Below are positions 1 to 12,979 of a stretch of 64,000 bases of DNA, one piece after another. The notes below the pieces were generated by a model. The model searched no databases. It was not told the origin of the DNA and worked only from the letters and a program-made list of their open reading frames with translations. The first letter of the stretch is position 1; every line of letters begins with the position of its first letter. A program made the position numbers and the translations under genes. Source of the DNA: Squalus acanthias (taxonomy: Eukaryota); contig CM059433.1 in NCBI GenBank assembly GCA_030390025.1, forward strand, positions 186,001 through 250,000, read 5' to 3'.

Positions 1-1259
1 TAAACCCTCCCCTATCAATACCTGTCCTAATCTAGATTTGTAGGATCGAGACTCATGCTCACCACTCGGGATAACTCGGAGGATTCTAAATCGATGTTCA
101 GATGCTTTCGCCACCGCACCTGACCACTCACGTGTTGGTCAAGGGTCTCTGCGCCTCACTTGTTTACTCGTTTCTGCTCCGGCTAGTAGGCTGGACCGTC
201 TGCTGCCATGAAGATCTGTGTTGGTCTTCAGAGTTCGGACACCCCTCAAAGAAGAGTCTTCCTGTGCCCTCACACCGGTTCGATAGAACTCGAAGAAGGG
301 TCTTCCTAGGCCAGTTGTGGAGTAGCCGATAAAATTCGAAGAAGTGTTTATTCGACTTACAGGCGCGGTCGGGGCTTACTGACCGTGGCGATACGTATTG
401 TCGTCTTCTTCTCTTCTCATCTCATCTCATCTCATCTCCTCTCGGGCCTTCGGTTCCAACACCGTTTACCGACTTCTCGGGATGGTGCGCCCGCTTCCAG
501 GCCTCACAGCCCAGTTCTCCACAGATCTTCGCGGCAAGCCACGAGGTTGATCCTAGCGGATCAGAGTCCAGAGCCGTCAGGCAAGAGAATAAAAGTTCAG
601 CAGTCTCCCAGCGAGTCAAAGCAGCAAGAGAAAGATGGACGGTTGTACCTTACAGTTATAGTGCTGTAATTCCTCTTTTCCCGCCCAATCTTAATGTCTA
701 TCTTTTGTCAGGGTTTTGCGCTCAAATTTCTTGTATGGGGTGATCTCAGTCTTTAATGGGTTTCGGTGACACTTGTAACTGTCTGAGTACCCGTTAATAT
801 TTCTCCCATTGTGGAGCCGGCTAGTAGTCTCCCTGGAGGAGTTTTGGGGCTTCCAAATGCTTGCTGTAAGTACCCGCAAACGGCTCTCTCATCGTAGAGT
901 CGTGGGGATTTTGCATATTAATGTCTTTGGATGGGTCCTTGATCGCTCAGTACAATAGCCCTTGTTTGCACCTGGGAGACCGATTTCCGTATTCATGTTT
1001 TAAAGTGTAAACCCATCGCGTCTTGTCATTATCTCATCATGTTGGATCTTTTCGATCTTGCACAAATGTTTATTGGAACGCCATCTTGTCTGCCAACTGA
1101 AAGTCTAGAACTTTCTGCCATGAGGCGTGGCGGCCATTTTACAGGCTGTTTGTGTCCGTTTTGAAACCTGACAGCATTTTGCTGAAATAAAGCTGTTTAT
1201 ACGAAACTTTATGTCTCCTGCTTATTTTATAAAATCGCGATAATTTTGCGAATTCTACA
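1..1259 (-). mobile_element. LTR (5' LTR or solo LTR, truncated by the window edge) related to the provirus B LTR
   Basis: The reverse complement begins TGTAGAATTCGCAA at 1259, like the LTRs at 39252 and 50024. It shares colinear blocks with them (CGGTCAGTAAxCCCCGACCGCGCC, GAGTGGTGAGCATG, CTACAAATCTAGATTAG) but is clearly diverged and has an extra segment at about 95-345. Confidence 0.85.
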
Positions 1260-1497
1260 ACCCCCTGGTGAAAACCAGGGACTATCTGCCACAGGACGAT
1301 AAGAGGTGATACATTGAACTGGGCACCTGGAAAGAGCCGTTGTTTAGACTCATCGCACAAAACCAAATAATGTAAAATAAAAACCAGAAAATGGGAAAGA
1401 AAACCTCAGTGTTGGAGTTAACGGAGCTGAATAATTGTGAATGAAGAAGCTCCACCTCACAGTGCAGCAGTGTGGGTGGGAGACAAAAACTGCCAAC

Positions 1498-1514
1498 TGC
1501 CAGTAGAGGGCAGT
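1498..1514 (+). promoter_or_regulatory. CTCF-like motif
   Basis: TGCCAGTAGAGGGCAGT matches the CTCF core consensus CCASYAGRKGGCR and lies in non-repeat DNA. Motif match only. Confidence 0.3.
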
Positions 1515-1680
1515 ATTTATAAACAGGGTCACCATGCACAGAGCTCTGGAGATGGGGCCTGGGGGGAATCGTTCAAAATCCCAACACTGCCACATGCACA
1601 GGGTTAAATCCAATATTTAAAATGGCAACTAACCCACGTAAGCTGGAAAAATAGATGTAAAAGGAACTCTTATCGAAGGA

Positions 1681-1756
1681 TCAATTGTCTTGCTCCAAGA
1701 TCTTAATGAATTCTGCGACGAGTCCTTCGTGAAAATGACCGATGTTTTTGAAATCC
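1681..1756 (-). other. Candidate host exon, unidentified
   Basis: Minus strand has a pyrimidine tract ending TTGCAG|G, followed by CpG-retaining sequence. One frame reads DFKNIGHFHEGLVAEFIKILEQDN*; another stays open to a GTGGGT/GTTAGT donor-like site near 1635. Confidence 0.25.
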
Positions 1757-1827
1757 CTGCAACAGAATTAAGAATGAAGAATTTTTATTGCTCCTGACAA
1801 AACCTGACTGGAAACCAAGCAGATTGA

Positions 1828-2925
1828 AAGGAAGATAGGAACAGGAGTCGGCCATTCAGCCCCTCGAGCCTCCAATGCCAATCAATTAGATCATTGCTGA
1901 TCTGTGCCTCAAATCTATTTACCCACCTTTGCTCCATGTCCCTTGTTAGCCTTTCCCAACTAAAATCTATCAATCTCAGTCTTAGAAGCTCCACTTGTCC
2001 GAGAATCCACAGCCCTTTGGGGAGAGAATTCCAGGTTTCTAATACCTTGTGTGAAAAGGTACTTCATGATTTTCATCCTAAATGGTTCAAATTTTAAGAT
2101 TACAACTCTTCCTATTTGTAATCCAGCCATCTTAAGATAAAGGCCAAATTTCCATTGGCCTTATTTATTACTTTTTGTACCTGTCGACTAGTTTTAAATG
2201 ATTTGTGGAGTTAGACTCCCAAATCTCTTTGCTCCTCTACAGTTCCTAGTTTCCCAACATTTGGAAAATGTAGTTTTCTTAGGTCCAAAGTGGACGACCT
2301 CACACTTGTCCATCTGACATAGTTTTGCAACTTCCTGCTCCCAGCTGCACTACTTACTGTGTCTCTGACTTTAGTGTCCTCTGGAAACTTGGATATACAG
2401 CTCTATTCCTTGATCCAAGTGAGTAATAAATATGGGAAAAAGTTGAGGCTCCAGAACAGATCCACTTGTCACATTCTGCCAATCTGAGTACAAACCCTTT
2501 ATCCCCAATCACTGTCTCCTACCTCCCAACCAATTTCCAACCCAAGTCTTACCATACTGGCTCTCTCTGATCAGCTCATATTTGGACAAGTGCTCAGTCA
2601 CTCTATCCCTAATGAGAGATTCTAGTAGCGTCCCCACAATTGATTTTAAATTCACAGGCCTGTAGTTACCTGCTTTCTCTCTCCCACCCTTCTTAAATAA
2701 TGGACTGACATTTGCAATTTTTGAGTTTAACAGCATAGTGCCCAAATCAAGAGTTTGAATGATTATAGCTAATGCTTCTGCAATTTCCCCACTTCTTTTA
2801 ATACCCTGGGATGGAAACCATCAGGTCCTGGTGATTTATCTAACCTAGTCTCATTATTTTCTCCATTACCATTTTATTACTAATATTGAATACAATAAGT
2901 GCATTCCTTTGATTTATTTTAGTTT
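1828..2925 (-). mobile_element. Old, internally deleted CR1 LINE fragment (3' end at left)
   Basis: CR1 3' UTR block (GGCCATTCAGCCCCTCGAGCCT) at about 1850. Remnant [21 protein letters not shown] at 2509-2745 (-). Confidence 0.8.
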
Positions 2926-3795
2926 CCCTCCAATTAATGGTACCTTTCACAAATCCATGCTGGCTCTCTCTGATCAGCTGAAAATTTTCAAGCTGATCAG
3001 TCACCCTATCCTTAATTATAGACTCTAGTCATTTCCCGACAACAGATGTTAGGCTAACTGGTTTATAATTCACTGGTTTCCCTCTCTCGCCATTCTTAAA
3101 ATGCGGAGTAACATGTACAATTTTCCAAACGAAAGGACGGTTCCTGAATCTAGAGAACTTTGGAAGATTATAATTAGGGCATCTGCAATGTGCTCCTACT
3201 TCCTTTAAAACCCTGGGATGGAAACCATCTGGTCCTGGGGATTTGTCACTCTTTAGTGCCATTATTTTCTTCATTACTGTTGCTTTACTTACGTTAATTT
3301 TATTGAGCCCCTGTCCCCGATTCAATATTAGTTTATTTAGGATTTCCGGCATGCTGTCCTCTTTCTCTACTGTAAATACTGATGCAAAGTAATTATTCAA
3401 CATGGCCACCATTTCCCCATTGTCATTGACAATATCACCACTTTGTTTTTAAGGGGCCAACTTTGCTCCTGACCACCCTCTTTTTCCTAATATAATTGTA
3501 AAAATTCTTCGCATTGATTTTGATATCCCTTGCAAGTTTCTTTTCATACTCCCTTTTTGTAGCTCTTACTAACTGTTGTGTGACCCTTTGTTGTTCTTTG
3601 TATCTTTCCCATTCGCCAGGATCGGTGCTATCTTTTGCATTTTTTGTATGCCCTTTCCTTTCTAGTTTTATGCTGGCCTTTACCTCTTTAGTTGTCCATG
3701 GATGGGTTTTTTTTGGCAAGTAGAGCTCTTGCCCCTCAGGGGTATAAACTGGTTCTGTAACACCTTAAATTATTTTTTAAACATCTCCCACTGAT

Positions 3796-6069
3796 GTGGA
3801 TGTGGATAGGCCGACAAGAGGTGGGGCCACGTTGGATTTGGTACTGGGTAATGAACCGGACCAAGTGTTTGATTTGTATGTGGGAGAGCACTTTGGAGAT
3901 AGTGACCACAATTCGGTAACTTTCACTATTGCAATGGAGAGGGATAGGGCCATACGGCAGGGCAGGGTTTATAATTGGGGGAGGGGTAATTATGATGCGA
4001 TTAAGCAAGAATTAGGGAGTATAAGATGGGAACAGAAACTATCAGGGAAAGGCACAAACGAAAAGTGGAGCTTTTTCATGGAGCAATTACTGCGTGTCCT
4101 TGATAGGTATGTCCCTGTCAGGCAGGGAGGAAATGGCCGAGTGAGAGAACCATGGTTCACAAAAGAGGTTGAATGTCTAGTCAAGAGGAAAAAGGAAGCG
4201 TATGTAAGGATGAGAAAACAAGGTTCAGTTGGGTCGATTGAGGGGTACAAGGTAGCAAGGAATGAGCTAAAAAAAGAGCTTAGGAGAGCTAGGAGGGGGC
4301 ATGAGAAGTCCTTGGCGGGTCGGATCAAGAAAAACCCCAAGGCTTTTTACTCTTATGTGAGAAATAAAAGAATGACCAGGGTGAGGGTAGGGCCGGTCAA
4401 GGACAGTAGTGGGAACTTGTGCATGGAGTCAGAAGAGATAGGAGAGGTGATGAATGAATACTTTTCGTCAGTGTTCACCGAGGAGAGGGGCCATGTTCTT
4501 GAGGATGAGAGTGTGATAAAGGTGGATAGGCTGGAGGTGGTAGATGTTCTGAGGGAAGATGTTTTAGCAATTTTGAAGAACCTGAGGGTCGATAAGTCCC
4601 CTGGGCCAGATGGGATATATCCTAGGATTCTTTGGGAGGCAAGGGAGGAGATTGCAGAGCCTCTGGCTTTGATCTTTGGGTCCTCACTGTCCACGGGGAT
4701 GGTGCCAGAGGACTGGAGAGTGGCGAATGTTGTTCCTCTCTTCAAGAAAGGAAATAGGAATGACCCTGGTAATTATAGGCCGGTTAGTCTTACTTCGGTG
4801 GTTGGTAAGATAATGGAAAAGGTCCTGAGGGATAGGATTTATGACCATTTGGAAAGGGGCAACTTAATCAGGGATAGTCAACACGGATTCGTGAAGGGTA
4901 AGTCTTGCCTAACAAATTTGATTGAATTCTTTGAGGAGGTAACTAAGTGTGTAGATGAAGGTAGAGCAGTTGATGTCGTATACATGGATTTTAGTAAGGC
5001 GTTTGATAAGGTTCCCCATGGTCGTCTCATGAAGAAAGTAAGGAGTTGTGGGATAGAGGGAAATTTGGCCGATTGGATAAGTAACTGGCTATCTCATAGA
5101 AGGCAGAGGGTGGTGGTGGATGGAACATTTTCGGACTGGAGACCAGTTACCAGCGGTGTGCCACAGGGGTCGGTGCTGGGTCCTCTGCTGTTTGTGATTT
5201 TTATCAATGACTTGGAGGAGGGGACTGAAGGGTGGATCAGTAAATTTGCTGATGACACCAAGATTGGTGGAGCAGTGGATGAGGTGGAGGGCAGTTGTAG
5301 GCTGCAAAGAGTCATTGATAGGATGCAGAGCTGGGCCGAAAAATGGCAGATGGAATTTAACCCTGATAAGTGCGAGGTGATTCATTTTGGTAGGGCAAAT
5401 TTGAATAAGGATTACAGGGTCAACGGCAGGGTTCTGAGGAACGTGGAGGAGCAGAGGGATCTGGGGGTTCATATCCACAGATCTCTGAAGGTTGCCACTC
5501 AAGTGGATAGAGCAGTAAAGAAGGCCTATGGTGTGTTGGCGTTTATTAACAGAGGGTTTGAGTTTAAGAACCGTGAGGTTATGCTGCAACTGTACAGGAC
5601 CTTGGTGAGACCACATTTGGAATATTGTGTGCAGTTCTGGTCACCTCACTATAGGAAGGACGTGGAAGCATTGGAAAGAGTGCAAAGGAGATTTACCAGG
5701 ATGCTGCCTGGTTTGGGGGGGAGGTCTTATGAGGAAAGATTGAGGGAGTTGGGGCTTTTCTCTTTAGAGCGGAGGAGGATGAGAGGCGACTTAATAGAGG
5801 TTTATAAGATGATGAGGGGGATAGATAGAGTGGATGTTCAGAGACTATTTCCTCGGGTAGAGGCAGCTGTTACAAGGGGGCATAACTATAAGGTGCATGG
5901 GGGGAGATATAGAAGGGATGTCCGAGGTAGATTCTTTACTCAGAGAGTGGTTGGTGTGTGGAATGGACTGCCTGCTGTGATAGTGGAGTCGGACACTTTA
6001 GGAACTTTCAAGCGGTTATTGGATAAGCACATGGAGCACACCAGAGTGATAGGGAGTGTGATAGCTTGA
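3796..6069 (+). CDS. CR1 ORF2, 5'-truncated (end of endonuclease plus reverse transcriptase), 757 aa open
   Basis: Motifs [42 protein letters not shown] and RPHLEYC. Confidence 0.92.
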   Translation: MDVDRPTRGGATLDLVLGNEPDQVFDLYVGEHFGDSDHNSVTFTIAMERDRAIRQGRVYNWGRGNYDAIKQELGSIRWEQKLSGKGTNEKWSFFMEQLLRVLDRYVPVRQGGNGRVREPWFTKEVECLVKRKKEAYVRMRKQGSVGSIEGYKVARNELKKELRRARRGHEKSLAGRIKKNPKAFYSYVRNKRMTRVRVGPVKDSSGNLCMESEEIGEVMNEYFSSVFTEERGHVLEDESVIKVDRLEVVDVLREDVLAILKNLRVDKSPGPDGIYPRILWEAREEIAEPLALIFGSSLSTGMVPEDWRVANVVPLFKKGNRNDPGNYRPVSLTSVVGKIMEKVLRDRIYDHLERGNLIRDSQHGFVKGKSCLTNLIEFFEEVTKCVDEGRAVDVVYMDFSKAFDKVPHGRLMKKVRSCGIEGNLADWISNWLSHRRQRVVVDGTFSDWRPVTSGVPQGSVLGPLLFVIFINDLEEGTEGWISKFADDTKIGGAVDEVEGSCRLQRVIDRMQSWAEKWQMEFNPDKCEVIHFGRANLNKDYRVNGRVLRNVEEQRDLGVHIHRSLKVATQVDRAVKKAYGVLAFINRGFEFKNREVMLQLYRTLVRPHLEYCVQFWSPHYRKDVEALERVQRRFTRMLPGLGGRSYEERLRELGLFSLERRRMRGDLIEVYKMMRGIDRVDVQRLFPRVEAAVTRGHNYKVHGGRYRRDVRGRFFTQRVVGVWNGLPAVIVESDTLGTFKRLLDKHMEHTRVIGSVIA

Positions 6070-6152
6070 TCTTGGTCTCGGACAATGCTCGGCACAACAT
6101 CGAGGGCCGAAGGGCCTGTACTGTGCTGTACTGTTCTATGTTCTATGTTCTA
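3796..6152 (+). mobile_element. Young 5'-truncated CR1 LINE
   Basis: Uninterrupted ORF2 remainder, short 3' UTR, (ATGTTCT)n tail at about 6132-6152, and TGAT duplication at 3792-3795 and 6153-6156. Confidence 0.95.
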
Positions 6153-6964
6153 TGATCTTCTGTCGTTTTACCCAGTGACAGATTTGCCCACTTTACTGTG
6201 GACATCCTGTTGAAGTCGGCCTTACCTAAATCTAGAATCTTAGTAGCTGTTTTGCGTTTCTCCCATTCAAACACTATGTTGAACTCGATCATGTTATGAT
6301 CGCGATTGGATAAATGTTCACGCACAGTTAGGCTGTTAACTAAATCTGGTTCATTACTCATTACTAAATCTAATATGACTTGCCCCCTTGTTGTCTCTAG
6401 GACATATTGTTGTAGAAAACTATCCCGGACACACTCAAGAAATTCACTACCGTTCTGACAGGTGCTAGTCTGCTTTTCCCAATCTATATGAAAGTTAAAA
6501 TCCCCCATTAAAAACACTCCACCTTTGCTACACGATTGTCTAATCTCTTCATTTGTACAATGTAGCACTTCACAGCTGCTACCAGGGGGCCTATACACAA
6601 CTCCCACTACAGTCTTAGATCCTTTATTTCATAATTCAACCCATAACGTCTCCACTGCCTGCTTACCTCTCCTTAAATCCTCTCTTATCATTGAAGTGAT
6701 TTCATCCTTAATCACTAAGGCTACTCCTCCCCCTCTGCCATTTTCCCTATCTTCCCTGTAGACCTTATAACCTGGTATATTTAGTTCCCAGTCCTGACCG
6801 TCTTGTAGCCATGTCTCAGTAATAGCTACAATGTCATACCCTCCTGTTTGAATTCATGCCTGCAGTTCATCCAATTTATTCCTTATACTCTGTGCATTTG
6901 TGTAAAGAACCCTTATTTGGGCCACACCCCCTAGCCTGTCCTTCAGCTCTAATGTTTTACTCAT

Positions 6965-7295
6965 CATTTTTTGCACCCTCTCCAGTGCCTCTATATCCTT
7001 TTTATAATATGGTGTCCAGAATTGTATGCAGTACTCCAAGTGTGGTCCAACCAAGGTTCAATTCAAGTTTAGCATAACTTCACTACTTTTCAATTCAATC
7101 CCTCTAGAAATAAACCCAAGTGCTTGCGTTTTTTATGGCCTTGTTAACCTGTGTCGCGACTTTCAGTGATTTGTGTATTTGTACTCCGAGATCCCTTTGC
7201 TCTTCTACCCCATTTAGATTCGTTATTTCCAAGTAATATGTGACCTCCATATTTTTCTTACCAAAATGTAATACCTCACATTTATCTGTGTTGAT
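6965..7295 (-). mobile_element. CR1 RT C-terminal fragment
   Basis: Remnants DKCEVLHFG, QRDLGV and [10 protein letters not shown]. Confidence 0.75.
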
Positions 7296-7912
7296 AAATA
7301 TTGAATATTTACATAAGTTGATGAGATGATTGTATGAAATGAAAACATTGACCAACAAGTAGGTAAATACAATTTTTTAATTGTTACATGAAACAGATTT
7401 TTACAGTGAAGTATTTCTCGAAGTCCACAATCTGTACATGAAGTATGAAATGTAACACCGAAAGATGTTTAAAATCCCACGTTGTTGGTTTTTTCTCATG
7501 GAGTGGGAAATACAGTGAATGTCCTCATATTTTAACATCTGTAATAAGACAGCATCTAAAATGGGGAGAGGACGGGGCGGAGGGAACGCGGGAGGAGGAA
7601 GAAACCTTGGGTTCACCGTCCCTTTGAACTCAGTGCCCTCCAGGAGTTGCCTGGTTCACATGGCATCGCCTTCCCCTCCCATACAGGTCTCATTCTGAAA
7701 GTGTCACTAGCTCTTTGTCTCCAATCAGCAGCAGTCTGTTCCGTTAGCCTCAGGGAAGAATTAATTGGCAGCATTTTGTTCGTCCATGGACAAAAATATG
7801 CAAACGGTTAATGTTATATTTGGTCCATTTTTATAAATAATTAAAATCAGCTCTAGCTTTTGTATTGTGTTTTCTCTCTCCTCATCTCCTTCTTTCGCAA
7901 CTACCTCCAGGC

Positions 7913-8506
7913 AGAACATAAGAACATAAGAACATAAGAGCAGGTGTAGGCCATACGGCCCCTCGAGCCTGCTCCGCCATTCAATAAGATCATGGCTGAT
8001 CATCGACCTCAACTCCACTTTCCCGCCCGATCTCCATATCCCTTGATTCCCCTAGAGTCTAAAAAATCTATCTATCTCAGCCTTGAATATACTCAAAGAC
8101 TCAGCATCCACAGCCCTCTGGGGCCAGAGAATTCCAAAGATTCACAACCCTCTGAGTGAAGGAATTACTCCTCATCTCAGTCTTAAATGGCCTATCCCTT
8201 ATCCTGAGACTATGCCCCCTAATTCTAGACACTCCAGCCAGGGGGAAACAACCTCTCAGCATCTACCCTGTCAATCCCTTTCAGAATCTTGTATGTTTCA
8301 ATGAGATCACCTCTCATTCTTCTAAACTCCAGAGAGTATAGGCCCATTCTACACAATCTCTCATCATAGGACAGCCCCCTCATCCCAGGAATCAATCTAG
8401 TGAACCTTCGTTGCATCGCCTCCAAGGCAAGTATATTCCTCCTTAGATAAGGAGACCAAAACTGTGCCCAGTACTCCAGGTATGGTCTCACAAAGGCCCT
8501 GTACAA
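7913..8506 (-). mobile_element. 5'-truncated CR1 LINE
   Basis: (AGAACATA)n tail at 7913-7938 and RRMRGDLIETYKIL remnant. Joined to the array through ACAA microhomology. Confidence 0.9.
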
Positions 8507-11500
8507 GTGCCAAGTGGATCCATCGCCGCCTCCTCCTGAGGTCCCCACCATCACAGAAGCCAGTCTTCAGCCAATTCACTTCACTCCACATGATATCAAG
8601 AACGGATACAGCAAAGGCTATGGGCACCGACAACATCCCGGCTAGAGAGATGAAAACCTGTGCTCCAGAACTAGCTGCACCTCTAGCCAAGATGTTCCAG
8701 TACTGGCATCTACCCGACAAAGTGGTAAATTGGCCAGGTATGTCCAGTCCGCATAAAGCTGGACTAATCCAACAGCCAGTTACCACCCCATCAGCCATCT
8801 CTCCATCATCAGCAAAGTGATGGAAGCTGTCATCGACAATGCTATCAAGAGGCACTAACAAAGCACAAATAACCTGCTCCCCGATGCCCAGTTTGCGTTC
8901 CGCCAGGACCACTTGGCTCCTGACCTCATTACAGCCTTGGGCCAAACATGTAAAAGGGCTGAGTTCCAGAGGTGAGGTGAGAGTGACTGTCCTCGACATC
9001 AAGGCAGCATTTGACCGAGTGTGGCACCAAGGGGCCCCAGTAAAACTGAAGTCAATGGTGATCGGGGGAAAACTCTCCACTGGATGGTGTCATATCTAGC
9101 ACAAGGAAGATGGTTGTGGTTATTGGAGGCCAATCATCTCAGCCCCAGATCATCACTGCAGCAGTTACTCAGGACAGTGTCCTAGGCCCAACATCTTCAA
9201 CTGCTTTATTAATGACCTCCAGAAGTGGGGATGTTCGCTGCTGATTGCACAGTGTCAAGTTACATTCACAATTCGTCAGATAATGAGGCAGTCTGTGTCC
9301 ACGTGCAGCAAGACCTGGACAATATTCAGGTTGGGGATGATCAGTGGCAAGTAACATTTGTGCCACACAAGTGCCAGACAATGACCATCTCCAACAGGAG
9401 AGAGTCTAACCACCTCCCCATGACATTCAATGGCATTACCATCATTGAATTCCCCACCATCAACATCCTGGGGGTCACCATTGACCAGAACATTAACTAG
9501 ATCAGCCAAATAAATGCTGTGGCTACAAGAGCTAGTCAGACGCTGGGTATTCTGCGCAAGTGACTCACCACCTCCTGACTCCCCAAGGCCTTTCCACCCC
9601 CTACAAGGCACAAGTCAGGGGTGCGATGGAATATTCTCCACTTGCCTGGACGGTTGCAGCTCCAACAACACTCAAGAAGCTCGACACAATCCAGGGGAAA
9701 GCAGGCCGCTTAATCAGCTCCCCATCCACCATCTTAAACATTTACTCCCTCCTCACCAGGCGCACTGTGGCTGCTGGGGCACAGAATGTACTCTGGCTGG
9801 GGGACTTCAATGTCCATCACCAAGTGTGGCTCAGTAGTGGCTCGTGTTTGTTCTCTCACCACCTGCCGTGAGTCAGCCTGGCAGCTATGTCCTTCAGGAC
9901 TCAGCCAGCTTCGTCAATCATGGTACTACCGAGCCACTGAAGACACCCCTTCATCGTGTTGTGTGGCCCTACCACCGTGCTAAATGGGATCGATTAAGAA
10001 CACATCTAGCAGCTCAAATCTTGGCATCCATGAGGCGCTGTGGGCCATCAGCAGCAACAGAATTGTATTCCACCATAATCTGTAACCTCATGGCCTGGCA
10101 TATCCCTCATTCTACCATTACCATCAAACCAGTCCTGGTTCAATAAGGAGTGTTGAAGAGCATTCCAGGAGCTGCACCAAGTGTATCTGAAAATCAGAAA
10201 CCTTCTTGGTGAAGCTACAACACAGGATGATGGTGAAGCACAGCATGTGAGTGCAAAAGACAAGGCTGATGCCTTCACAACCATCTTCAGCCACAAGTGC
10301 CAAGTGGACGATGCATCTCGGCTTGCTCCTGAGGTCACCACCATCACAGAAGCCAGTCTTCAACCAATTTGCTTCACTCCACGTGATATCAAGAACGGTA
10401 GAGCGCACTGGATACAGCAAAGGCTATGGGCCCCGGCAACATCCCGGCTGCAGAGCTGAAGACCTGTGCTCTAGAACTAGCTGCACTTCTAGCCAAGCTG
10501 CTCCAGTACTGGCATCTACCTGACAAAATGGTAAATTGGACAGGTATGTCCAGTCCGCAAACAGCTGGACTAATCCAACAGCCAGTTACCACCCCATCAG
10601 CCATCTCTCCAACATCAGCAAAGTGATGGAAGCTGTAATCCACAATGCTATCAAGCGTCACTAATGCACAAGTAACCTGCTCACCAATGACTAGTTTGCT
10701 TTCCGCCAGGACCACTTGGCTGCTGATCTTATTACAGCCTTTGTCCAAACATGGACAAAAGGGCTGAATTCCAGAGGTGAGGTGAGAGTGACTGTCCTCG
10801 ACATCAAGGCAGCATTTGACCGAGTGTGGCACCAATGGGCCCCAGTAAAACTGAAGTCAATGGTGATCAGGGGAAAACTCTCCACTGGATGGTGTCATAT
10901 CTAGCACAAGGAAGATGCCTGTGGTTATTGGAGGCCAATCATCTCAGCCCCAGGTCATCGCTGCAGCAGTTACTCAGGACAGTGTCCTCGGCCCAACATC
11001 TTCAATTGCTTTATTAATGACCTTCAGAAGTGGGGATGTTCACTGCTGATTATACAGTGTTAAGTTACATTCACAATTTGTCAGATAATGAGGCAGTCTG
11101 TGTCCACATGCAGCAAGACCTGGACAACATTCAGGTTGGGGATGATAAGTGGCAAGTAACATTTGTGCCACACAAGTGCCAGACAATGACCATCTCTAAC
11201 AAGAGAGAGTCTAACCACCTCCCCATGGCATTCAATGACATTACTATTGTTGAATTCCCCAACATCAACATCCTGGGGGTCACCATTGACCAGAACATTA
11301 ACTAGATCGGCCCAATATATACTGTGGCTACAAGAGCAAGTCAGATGCTGGGTAGTCTGCGCAAGTGCCTCACCACCTCTTGACTCCCCAAAGCCTTTCC
11401 ACCCTCTACAAGGCACAAGTCAGGAGTTCGATGGAATATTCTCCACTTGCCTGGAAGGTTACAGCTCCAACAACACACACGAAGCTCGAGACAATCCAAG

Positions 11501-12979
11501 GGAAAGCAGGCCGCTTAATCAGCTCCCCATCCACCATCTTAAACATTTACTCCCTTCTCACCAGGCGCACTGTGGCTGCTGGTGCACAGAATGTACTCTG
11601 GGTGGGGGACTTCAATGTCCATCACCAAGTGTGGCTTGGTAGTGGCTCGTGTTTGTTCTCTCACCACCTGCCGTGAACCAGTCTGGCTGCCAAGTCCTTC
11701 AGGACTCAGCCAGATTGGTTAATTATGGTACTACCGAGTCACTGAGGACACCCCTTCATCATGTTCTGTACACTACCACCGTGCTAAATGGGATAGATTA
11801 AGAACACATCTAGCAGCTCAAAACTGGGCATCCATGAGGTGCTGTGGACCATCAGCAGCAACAGAATTGTATTCCACCATAATCTGTAACCTCATGGCCC
11901 GGCATATCCCTCATTCTACCATTACCATCAAACCACACCTGGTTCAATAAGGAGTGTTGAAGAGCATGCCAGGAGCTGCACCAGGTGTACCTGAAAATCA
12001 GAAACCAACTTGGTGAAGCTACAACATAGGACTATATGCATGTTAAACAGCGGAGGCAGCATGTTATAGACAGAGCTAAGCGATCCCACACCCAATGAAT
12101 CAGATCAAAGCTCTGCAGTCCTGCCACATCCAGTCGGGAATGGTGATGGACAATTAACAACTGACGGGAGGAGGAGGCTCCTTGAACATTCCTATCCTGA
12201 AGGCTGGCGGAGCACAGCACGTGGCTGCAAAAGACAAGGCTGAAGCCTTCGCAACCATCTTCAGTCACAAGTGCCAAGTGGATGATGCATCTCGGCCTCC
12301 TCCTGAGGTCCAACCAGCACAGAAGCCAGTTTCCAGCCAATTCACTTCACTCCACGTGATATCAAGAACGGTAGAGCGCACTGGATACAGCAAAGGCTAT
12401 GGGCCCCGACAACATCCCGGCTGCAGTGCTGAAGACCTGTGCTCCAGAACTAGCTGCACCTCTAGCCAAACTGTTCCTGTACTGGCATCTACCCGACAAA
12501 ATGGTAAATTGGTCAGGTATGGCCAGTCCGCAAAAAGCGGGACTAATCCAACAGCCAGTTACCACCCCATCAGCCATCTCTCCATCATCAGCAAAGTGAT
12601 GGAAGCTGCCATCGACAATGCTATCACGAGGCACTAACAAAGCACAAATAACCTGCTCCCCGATGCCCAGTTTGCTTTCCGCCAGGACCACTTGACTCCT
12701 GACCTCATTACAGCATTGGGCCAAACATGGACAAAAGAGCTGAATTCCAGAGGTGAAGTGAGAGTGACTGTCCTTGACATCAAGGCAGCATTTGACCCAG
12801 TGTGGGACCAAGGAGCCCCAGTAAAACTGAAGTCAATGGTGATCGAGTGAAAACTCTCCACTGGATGGTGTCATATCTAGCACAAAGGAAGATGCCTGTG
12901 GTTATTGTAGGCCAATCATCTCAGCTCCAGGTCATCGCTGCAGCAGTTACACAGTTACATTCGCAATTCGTCAGATATT

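Larger units (their letters stand above)
2940..6960 (-). mobile_element. Old CR1 LINE ORF2 remnant (endonuclease to RT N-terminal part), split by the young CR1 at 3796-6152
   Basis: Remnants KSPGPDGFHPRVLKE and [12 protein letters not shown] (3029-3412), and GVVYRPP, MGDFNF, ILDLV, DHNMIEF (6143-6607). The sequence CCACTGAT|CTTCTGTCG resumes after the insert. Confidence 0.85.

Noticed and set aside
7560..7600. G-rich stretch as a promoter or G-quadruplex
   Set aside because: Short and isolated, with no supporting context.
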